Assembly (NCBI GenBank): GCA_903860915.1 | Contig: CAIOSJ010000008.1 | Location: 36,573 to 100,572 of the forward strand | Reading direction: 5' to 3' | Length of the DNA: 64,000 bases | Origin: an uncultured Actinomycetes bacterium | Lineage (GTDB): Bacteria; Actinomycetota; Acidimicrobiia; Acidimicrobiales; RAAP-2 | Part shown: piece by piece, positions 57,365-64,000 of the stretch | Layout: the number at the start of each line of letters is the position of its first letter | Position numbering within the stretch: position 1 is the first letter of the stretch | Made by a program: the position numbers and the translations under genes | Notes under the pieces: model-generated | The model's input: only the letters and a program-made list of their open reading frames with translations | What the model was told of the DNA's origin: nothing | Databases searched by the model: none

Positions 57365-57853
57365 CTACCGCAGTTCACGGCTGAGCATTGCGGTCACCAG
57401 GCCGCTGCGGTGGGCTAGGTAATCGATAACTACAAAGCCGAGGCGCTGGTGAAAGTTGAGTGAGACGAGGTTCGGAGGCTCGTGGTTCACTTCGCAGACC
57501 ACTCTTTGGTGCAACTGAGCTAGTTCAGCCAGGTACTGATGTAAGAGTGCGCCCCAGCCCTGACCGCGAAAGGGTGCCGCCACAACCAGACGGTCGAGAT
57601 AGAGGAAATCTTCGTAGCGTTCTTCAAACCAGGCGTAATTGGCACTGTCGTAAGCAGTGCCAGGGGCGATGATGACGGCGTAGGCCACCACCTCGTCTCC
57701 GATGACTCCGACGAGGGATTCGGCGGCCAGCGCGTGGATCCAGGTCAATCGGTCCAAGGTGAGCGGGCTTAAGAATTCAACGTTGGCAGCGTTGAGTTCG
57801 AGGATGGTGGGATAATCGCGTGGTTCCATACGTCGCACGTCGCGGCTGGTCAT
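57365..57853 (-). CDS. GNAT acetyltransferase (COG3818-like)
   Basis: YDSANYAWF, FLYLDRLVV, RGQGWG, CEVNHEPPN..SLNFHQRLGF. Confidence 0.85.
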   Translation of the reverse strand: MTSRDVRRMEPRDYPTILELNAANVEFLSPLTLDRLTWIHALAAESLVGVIGDEVVAYAVIIAPGTAYDSANYAWFEERYEDFLYLDRLVVAAPFRGQGWGALLHQYLAELAQLHQRVVCEVNHEPPNLVSLNFHQRLGFVVIDYLAHRSGLVTAMLSRELR

Positions 57854-57882
57854 TGGATCAATCCGTTCGAATTCTCGCCACT

Positions 57883-59643
57883 ATGGCCTTAGTTAAACAA
57901 ACTCACGCTAGTAGCATGAATTTAATGTTGCGAGCCAAAAACATTTACAGTTCGCCACGTTGTCGTCAAGCAATTCTCGTAGCGATCATGGCGGCAGTGC
58001 TCCTCCTGCCGATCCCGCGTCTTCTTCGTTCGCCGGCCACCTCGATGGAAGAGGGATCCCTGGTCCAGTACTCGACCATGGTCATGAACGGCAGTGTGCC
58101 GACCAAAACCTTCTGGTCGGAGTACGGTCCACTCAATTCCTACGTTCCGGCGGCTGTGTTTTCGGTGACCGGCCCGTCTTTGCTGGTCGAACGCTTAGTC
58201 GGACTGGCTTATCGACTCCTCCTCCTCGTCGGCCTCTATCGACTACTACGCCCTCACTCCCGTCGGGGCGCCTACCTCGGTGTAGCGATAGCTTGGATTC
58301 TGCTCGCCCCCTGGGGGGCCATGGCCTACGCCTGGATCGGTGGGCTGGGCTGTGTGCTCGCTGGTTTGAGTTTCATTAGTGAATGTATTGACGAAACCCC
58401 GTCTAGCTTCCGCGACCGCCGTCTTCTTCTCGCCGGCCTCCTTCTAGGTCTAGGACTTAGTTTTCGGCCCGACATGATTCTCTTGGTCGCTGCGCCAAGC
58501 GCCGTTTTGCTCTGGCGCCGCCGCCGCGACCTCTATCGCTGCCTCGCGGGTGCCGCAATTGGGCTGCTTCCCCTTCTCTACCTCGTCCTAACGGCTGGTT
58601 TGGCTAACGCCTTTCGTAACTTAGTGACGGACCCCGTCATTCATTTACGCGCCGGACGGGGCCTGCCAGTACCGCCCAATCCGCACTACGCGGCTGAATT
58701 CTTCACGAGGGTTAAGGCCTACTTGAACGTCGTTCTCGGACAGCAACAGTGGGGCGGGCCGCTGTCGTTGCAAGTAGCGGAACTCTTCTGGCTGCTCATC
58801 TTTGCCGCCGTCATTGCAGTGGCGTCCGTTCTTGGGCGACGCGGCATTCGTGATCGTCGTTGGCTGACCGTCGTTCTTGTCAATGTGATTATTTTGACCA
58901 ATCTCCTTCAGCGTGCTGACGTGTCCCACATGCGTCTCGTGGGCGTGGTCGTCTTGGCGACCACCCCGACGGCGCTGGCGTACCTCTTTCGACGACAGAT
59001 TCAGCGCACGGAGGTTTTCGTCACGCTGTCAGCAGCTCTGACTGCCATCATCGTCCTGCAAGCTGCCCCCGATATTATCGGTGCTCCCTACGCAAACTTG
59101 TTGTCCGTCCGTGGCATGTTCGTCTCGAGTCCCTCCACGACTCTGACTAATGACCATCGCAGCATCATCACCAATAGCAATGTCGAAACCCTCGAAATGA
59201 AAGTTGCGTTGAACTTAGTCTCCACTCATTCGCACCCGGGACAGCGCCTCTTTGAAGGTCCGACGGATCTACGATTTACCAACGACAACGAGCCCTGGTT
59301 CTATTGGCTGAGTCCAAAATTAGTGCCGGCTAGCTATTATCTCGAAATGAATCCGGGCATTGCCAACACGCCTTGGTCGGGACTTGAGAGAGAGATTGAT
59401 CACGCCGACGTTCTGGTGCTGTCGAATCGTTTCGCGGGCTTCAGCGAACCAAACGCCAGTCGGATACCGGGTTTCAATGGGCCCAATCTGATCGTCGAAC
59501 ATAATTTTTGTGTGGTTGGCCACGACGCCTGGTACGTTGTTTTGCGGCACTTCAGCCAGGGCGTCACAGCTAACCCCCAACTCCTGCCCCAGCACAAAAC
59601 CATGGTGGTGGGTAACCACCGGGAAGTTTTCTGCCAGAAGTAA
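57883..59643 (+). CDS. Multi-TM membrane protein, probable GT-C glycosyltransferase
   Basis: After TM1, MEEG...MNGSVPTKTFWSEYGPL (the DEG...YGPL pattern of ArnT/PMT-like GT-C); many TMs; start uncertain (57883 or 57916). Confidence 0.65.
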   Translation: MALVKQTHASSMNLMLRAKNIYSSPRCRQAILVAIMAAVLLLPIPRLLRSPATSMEEGSLVQYSTMVMNGSVPTKTFWSEYGPLNSYVPAAVFSVTGPSLLVERLVGLAYRLLLLVGLYRLLRPHSRRGAYLGVAIAWILLAPWGAMAYAWIGGLGCVLAGLSFISECIDETPSSFRDRRLLLAGLLLGLGLSFRPDMILLVAAPSAVLLWRRRRDLYRCLAGAAIGLLPLLYLVLTAGLANAFRNLVTDPVIHLRAGRGLPVPPNPHYAAEFFTRVKAYLNVVLGQQQWGGPLSLQVAELFWLLIFAAVIAVASVLGRRGIRDRRWLTVVLVNVIILTNLLQRADVSHMRLVGVVVLATTPTALAYLFRRQIQRTEVFVTLSAALTAIIVLQAAPDIIGAPYANLLSVRGMFVSSPSTTLTNDHRSIITNSNVETLEMKVALNLVSTHSHPGQRLFEGPTDLRFTNDNEPWFYWLSPKLVPASYYLEMNPGIANTPWSGLEREIDHADVLVLSNRFAGFSEPNASRIPGFNGPNLIVEHNFCVVGHDAWYVVLRHFSQGVTANPQLLPQHKTMVVGNHREVFCQK

Positions 59644-61284
59644 TTACCGGTGCAGGTCGAGTCCGGGCACGGTGAGCAGAAGCGCTTCCGTATTCGGCGC
59701 AGTGAAGTGCGGCCCCGAAGGTTTCCAACCCCAGGTCGTGAGGAAATTGTAATTGCGGGTGTGGATAAGGTCGTCTGAATGCCCGGGACGCTGGAAGCCG
59801 TCGGGGCTAATTGTCACTCCGACGTACCAAATTCGTCGGAACTTTGTGCCCAGCGTGAACAGACTAGACCAGGTGCTGTCGCCGAAGTAATACTCCTGGG
59901 AGATGACGACTCGAGGGTCGAGACTAACTACGTGAAATCCCTGTGACCAGGGAAACATCGCATTTTCAAATGAGACCTTCGTAGGGGAGAGGTCGTCGAG
60001 GGCCCAAGTGAAGGTGACCCAGGGGTCCACCACGATGACGTCACCTGGCTGGACTGAACTCCTCATCTCTGCGACCACTGAGCGGAGATTGAGGACGGGG
60101 TAACGAGCGTGATTCTCTACGCCGCTCCACAGGAGACAGGACGTCAGGATAATCGTGATGGCGATCAGGGCGCGTGGTCCCACCCGGTCAACAAGGCGCT
60201 GGCGAATGCGTCCAAAGAGCCCAGCGAGCAAGATTAGGACCGCGGGGTAAACAACTTCATCTGTTCGTCCACCACCGAAGGGGCTAACGCCAACAAAGGC
60301 CAGAAGGACGGACGTGACCAGGATTACGGCGGGAACGAGGAGGGGCCGCACGCTGCGTCCCCGAGTTCGTACGGACTCCCAGATTGACGGGACGAGAAGT
60401 ACGGCGAGAGTAAGGACACCCACGAGGGCCATGAAGGTACCCATGGATGTGATGCTTTTATCTGGGTCGGGTGGGTGTCCCGTAGGCAGGGCGAGCAGAT
60501 AATGGAAAAACGACGAGAACATCACTTGCAGGGAGAAGCAGAACCAGTGGAAAACATCAGTTCTGAGCATGAAGCCACGGTTGGTCCAGCCGCGAAAGAG
60601 GCTGGATGACAGGTGTGATAGCCACACCGCGTATTCGAGGGCAAACACGCCTAAAGCTCCGATGATGATGACGGCACTGGATCGTCGCCGTGCCTTGTCG
60701 TAGAAGGCAAGAATTCCGACGACGCCCATAATGGGCAAGGTGACCACGATGGTGGTGGCTGAAATGAGTGGCGCCACCGCGCCCGCGAGGAGGAGCCGAC
60801 GCGACGTCACCGTGTTGGCCTCTCGGCGCCAAGCCTCAAAGAGCCACAGCAGTAGGCAGGCCAACAAAATATCGCCGTTGTACTGTTTTACGCGAGTGGA
60901 ATAATCAACGGCGACTGGGGACACGGCCAATGCAAGAGCCACCAATTGCGCGATGCCCCGTCGAATCTCAAAATATATTGTCAATCGATAGATTGCGATA
61001 ATGCTCGCCACGCCGAGGATGAAGGCTGGAAGTTGACCCCACCACGTGAGGTTGGGAAAGAGAGCTATCCAGCTCCGCATAAACAAGGTGTACAACGGTG
61101 TACTTGCCGCCATGTGTACTGCACTGCCAATTCCCACTCGGGCTGGCAGCGCAGCCCACGCGTCGTCGAACCAGAGATCTCCATGGGTGAATCCTGTTGC
61201 TCGCGTGACGACCGCAATGAGAACAATCACAATTAGGACGACTTTGCTACTTCGCCCCGCGGCGTTCGCTGGTGAATCAGTCAC
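59644..61284 (-). CDS. GT39/PMT-like (GT-C) membrane glycosyltransferase
   Basis: After TM1, DLWFDDAW; TPLY; YSTRVKQY; about 11 TMs; GGGRTD; C-terminal soluble domain. Confidence 0.72.
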   Translation of the reverse strand: MTDSPANAAGRSSKVVLIVIVLIAVVTRATGFTHGDLWFDDAWAALPARVGIGSAVHMAASTPLYTLFMRSWIALFPNLTWWGQLPAFILGVASIIAIYRLTIYFEIRRGIAQLVALALAVSPVAVDYSTRVKQYNGDILLACLLLWLFEAWRREANTVTSRRLLLAGAVAPLISATTIVVTLPIMGVVGILAFYDKARRRSSAVIIIGALGVFALEYAVWLSHLSSSLFRGWTNRGFMLRTDVFHWFCFSLQVMFSSFFHYLLALPTGHPPDPDKSITSMGTFMALVGVLTLAVLLVPSIWESVRTRGRSVRPLLVPAVILVTSVLLAFVGVSPFGGGRTDEVVYPAVLILLAGLFGRIRQRLVDRVGPRALIAITIILTSCLLWSGVENHARYPVLNLRSVVAEMRSSVQPGDVIVVDPWVTFTWALDDLSPTKVSFENAMFPWSQGFHVVSLDPRVVISQEYYFGDSTWSSLFTLGTKFRRIWYVGVTISPDGFQRPGHSDDLIHTRNYNFLTTWGWKPSGPHFTAPNTEALLLTVPGLDLHR

Positions 61285-61290
61285 CTCGCC

Positions 61291-61296
61291 AACTTA
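61291..61296 (-). promoter_or_regulatory. Putative -10 box (TAAGTT) of a leaderless transcript
   Basis: TANNNT 6 nt before GTG 61284. Confidence 0.55.
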
Positions 61297-61306
61297 GTAT
61301 GGCTGA

Positions 61307-61678
61307 TCATTTCGGGGCGCCCACTTTACAGGGAGCTCGCTGGGTAGTCCCGGTCTTGGCGCAGCACCGGGCAGCTTCAGCGGCGGCACGGGGGAGCAGA
61401 ACTGGGGCGGTTTGAAACTGAATGCGAGCTTGTCGGGAAGTTACACCGCCTCGCTGTCGTCCTCGTCGCCGTACGTCTCCTTCTCCACCAACATGCGGGC
61501 CAGTATAAATATCGGAACCTGGTACCTCAATACCCACTGTGACTCAGGCTGGGTTTGGGTACATTGCCACACTGATTCTGGCTACAACTGGTCGAGCACG
61601 TCCATTGGGGTCTCGATGGACTCTTCCGGAAATGTTTCTGGTAACTGGAATGGCTGGGGTTTTAGCCTGCACCTCTAG
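61307..61678 (+). pseudogene. Probable 5'-truncated remnant: C-terminus of a beta-rich exported protein
   Basis: Frame open from TGA 61304-06 to TAG 61676-78; protein-like Ser/Gly/Trp pattern with a Cys pair; no credible start, SD or signal peptide. Confidence 0.45.
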
Positions 61679-61752
61679 GAGTTTTCCTCAGCAAGGAGGT
61701 CAGTCCGTCGCGGGAGAGTGGGCGCAGTGATGCGGCCTTGAAGATCTTGGCT

Positions 61753-62844
61753 CTACTTAGTGCTGAGTGCGACGCGCAGGGCTTGCCACGCGGGCTTTGG
61801 ATTGAGATGTGCATCGAGCGGAGTGCCAGCACCATAGCCCGTAAAGAATCCGGGAATCCAAGAGTACTGGTCCTCGAAACCCCAGATGTTAAAGGTCCGA
61901 CAATTAGTAGCCGCGAGGCACGTACTCAGGAGGTCGCTAAAGTAATTGGCCTCGGCGACAAGGGCGGTGGTGTTGACGGGCAGGGCGATGGCGTAATCCA
62001 CCTCAGTCATAGCCACACTGAGTCGAGCTGCGGCCGCAGTAGCCATCTGCTGCGAAAGAAAAGCACTGCGGGCTGGGCTTTGGATGGAATGAAGTTGAAG
62101 GCCCACTCCATCAATGGGAACGCCCGCTCGACGCAAGCTCACGGCGAGTGAGACCAGCGACCGAGTTCTTACCCCATTGCCGTTGAAGTCGTAGTCATTG
62201 AGATACAGCCGAGCGTTCGGGTCAGCCCGGTGGGCGTAGGTGAAGGCTAGGTTGATGTAGCTTGGGCCAATCCACTTCAACCAGGGGCTGGGGGCCAGTC
62301 CGGTACCGCTGGGCCCAATGGGCTCATTGACCACGTCCCACTGGCTGCACTTAGATCGGAAGTGCCCCACCACCTTGGCGATGTGATTCGAAAGTGCGGC
62401 TAGGGCCTGTTGTTTCGTGAAGGTGGCGGAAGTGAGCCAGTTGGGGTTGAAGAGATTCCACACCAGATTGTGGCATCGCACACTTTGGTGGTGCAACTTT
62501 GCGAAGGCCACGATGACGTCGGCTCTGGTGAAGTCAAAGACGCCCGGCGCGGGCTCGGTAGCCGCGAACTTCATAGAGTTTTCCGGCTCCACCATGTTGA
62601 ATTCTGTTCCGAGTACGCAGGCGTAGGCGGGGTCCGTCGCCAGAGCGCTGTCATTTACTGCACTGCCCACCAGCACGCCTCGAGCAGTCGCAAGTTTTCC
62701 AAGAGGTGGCGTTCCGAGCACGCTACTGGGCGTACAGGTGGGACTCGTAAGCTTCGCTTGCTGACCACGTGATGCACTTATGGGGGTCAACGCCGTCACG
62801 ATGAGGGCGGTGGTCACTAGGCGAACAGTGCGGTTCACGATCAT
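61753..62844 (-). CDS. Secreted GH10 endo-1,4-beta-xylanase
   Basis: Signal peptide; EPENSMK, HNLVW, WDVVNEP (acid/base), LYLNDY, GVGLQLH, TEVD (nucleophile), WGFED. Confidence 0.9.
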   Translation of the reverse strand: MIVNRTVRLVTTALIVTALTPISASRGQQAKLTSPTCTPSSVLGTPPLGKLATARGVLVGSAVNDSALATDPAYACVLGTEFNMVEPENSMKFAATEPAPGVFDFTRADVIVAFAKLHHQSVRCHNLVWNLFNPNWLTSATFTKQQALAALSNHIAKVVGHFRSKCSQWDVVNEPIGPSGTGLAPSPWLKWIGPSYINLAFTYAHRADPNARLYLNDYDFNGNGVRTRSLVSLAVSLRRAGVPIDGVGLQLHSIQSPARSAFLSQQMATAAAARLSVAMTEVDYAIALPVNTTALVAEANYFSDLLSTCLAATNCRTFNIWGFEDQYSWIPGFFTGYGAGTPLDAHLNPKPAWQALRVALSTK

Positions 62845-62850
62845 GGTGAA

Positions 62851-62969
62851 AGATTAACTCCCGCCCTCGGCGAGCATCAGGGCAAGACTCTTTTGCAGGG
62901 CCTGATTAACGAACATCTGGTCGTACGCGCCTCGAGAAATCACCGGAAGGTACTACTGCCACCTAGGCT
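62851..62969. promoter_or_regulatory. Divergent leaderless promoters for GH10 (-10 TAATCT, minus 62851-56) and xth (-10 TAGGCT, plus 62964-69)
   Basis: Each TANNNT is exactly 6 nt from its ATG. Confidence 0.6.
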
Positions 62970-62975
62970 AAACCC

Positions 62976-63779
62976 ATGTCTTTGAAACTCGCCTCGTGGA
63001 ACGTCAATGGAATTAGAGCAGTGCACGGCAAGGGGCTCTTCACGTCATTTTTAGACGAAGTCGACCCCGACATCATTTGTCTCCAGGAAATAAAAGCTCA
63101 GGAGTCACAGTCGCCGCTCGAACTCGTTGGCTACCACGAATTTTGGAATTCCGCGGACAAGCCCGGATACTCGGGCACCGCCATTTTTTCCAAGGTGAAG
63201 CCCATCGCAGTGACGCACGGACTACCCAAGCGACTCGAAACGAAACACCAGTTGCACGACGACAGCTTCGGGAATACCAACCAGGAAGGACGAGTCCTGA
63301 CGGCCGAGTTCGAGGATTTCTACCTCGTCACTTGTTACACCCCCAACGTGAAAGATGATCTCAGCCGACTGAGCGTACGACACCAGAAGTGGGACCCCGC
63401 TTTTTTAGATCACGTCTCAGCTCTGGCTAAGAACAAGCCGGTGGCTTTTTGTGGTGACTTGAACGTAGCCCACACGGATGACGATCTTGCGCGGCCCAAG
63501 CCCAACCACGGAAAAGCGGGCTGCACCGACGAAGAGCGCTCGGGCTTCGTCGCACTTCTGGCCGCGGGATTCGTTGACACCTTTCGCATGTTTACTCAGG
63601 GCAACGGTCACTACACGTGGTGGTCGTATCGCGGTGGGGCCCGTACGGGGAACGTGGGATGGCGTATCGACTATTTTCTGGTGTCGTCCGAGCTCGCGGA
63701 CAAGGTTGTGGCCGCCGAGATCCACGATCAAGCGATGGGGAGCGATCACTGCCCCGTCAGCATCACGCTCGACATGTAG
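62976..63779 (+). CDS. xth: Exodeoxyribonuclease III
   Basis: SWNVNGIRA, LQEIK, GYSGTA, EGRV, YTPN, CGDLNVAH, YTWWSYR, GWRIDYF, GSDHCP. Confidence 0.96.
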   Translation: MSLKLASWNVNGIRAVHGKGLFTSFLDEVDPDIICLQEIKAQESQSPLELVGYHEFWNSADKPGYSGTAIFSKVKPIAVTHGLPKRLETKHQLHDDSFGNTNQEGRVLTAEFEDFYLVTCYTPNVKDDLSRLSVRHQKWDPAFLDHVSALAKNKPVAFCGDLNVAHTDDDLARPKPNHGKAGCTDEERSGFVALLAAGFVDTFRMFTQGNGHYTWWSYRGGARTGNVGWRIDYFLVSSELADKVVAAEIHDQAMGSDHCPVSITLDM

Positions 63780-64000
63780 GTACTCCCAATCGGGGTCCAG
63801 CTGTTCCTCTCGCAAATGTAGATTAGCCACTGATGCTTCTGCCGTCACACGAACGGCGCTGTGGTAACTGACAGTGGCCGCTGCCTCAGCAACCCTGAGA
63901 CTATAAATTCCACGCCGATATCTTCGTCTGGCTATGAATCGCGTGCTACGCCAATGGTCGCTAGTGATTCCCCCTATGGGATCGAAGTCCCGGTGATGGC

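Noticed and set aside
62854-62943. 29-aa minus-strand ORF (VISRGAYDQMFVNQALQKSLALMLAEGGS) upstream of GH10
   Set aside because: Looks protein-like but lacks a promoter or SD at proper spacing, and its stop coincides with the GH10 -10 box; unsupported without a homology search
63417-64000. Minus-strand frame open from the window end into xth
   Set aside because: Overlaps 360 nt of xth antisense and shows no motif; a possible plus-strand start near the edge (MVASDSPYGIEV) is too short to judge

Overview
High-GC, densely packed actinobacterial chromosome segment, probably class Acidimicrobiia (inferred from gene order, F420 genes, leaderless promoters and a HheG-like enzyme). About 57 CDS and one tRNA-Leu(UAA). 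No integrase, transposase, CRISPR array, rRNA or prophage gene was seen. 1-9.2 kb is the conserved mfd-prsA-mazG-eno-ftsB-DUF501-ppx block. 9.2-33.4 kb is a cell-envelope and F420 locus: NlpC/P60, GDP-mannose supply, galE, cofE/cofD, three GT4s plus an Rmd-like reductase, a GT2-membrane fusion, DUF5719, ftsH, cysC, phosphomannomutase and Trm112. 33.5-40.3 kb is accessory: a G-type halohydrin dehalogenase homologue in an apparent operon with TetR, tandem DUF1330 and an arylsulfatase, followed by an RHH + vWA two-gene operon with a palindromic operator. 40.4-55 kb is lipid and acyl-CoA catabolism, interrupted by an archaeal-type riboflavin synthase. 55-64 kb holds a sulfotransferase/WbsX/GNAT module, two more GT-C-like membrane proteins, a gene remnant, a GH10 xylanase and xth. 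The strongest leads are the halohydrin dehalogenase-sulfatase operon, the archaeal-type RibC and the RHH-vWA module. Family assignments come from motifs read by eye and remembered family knowledge; no database search was run.
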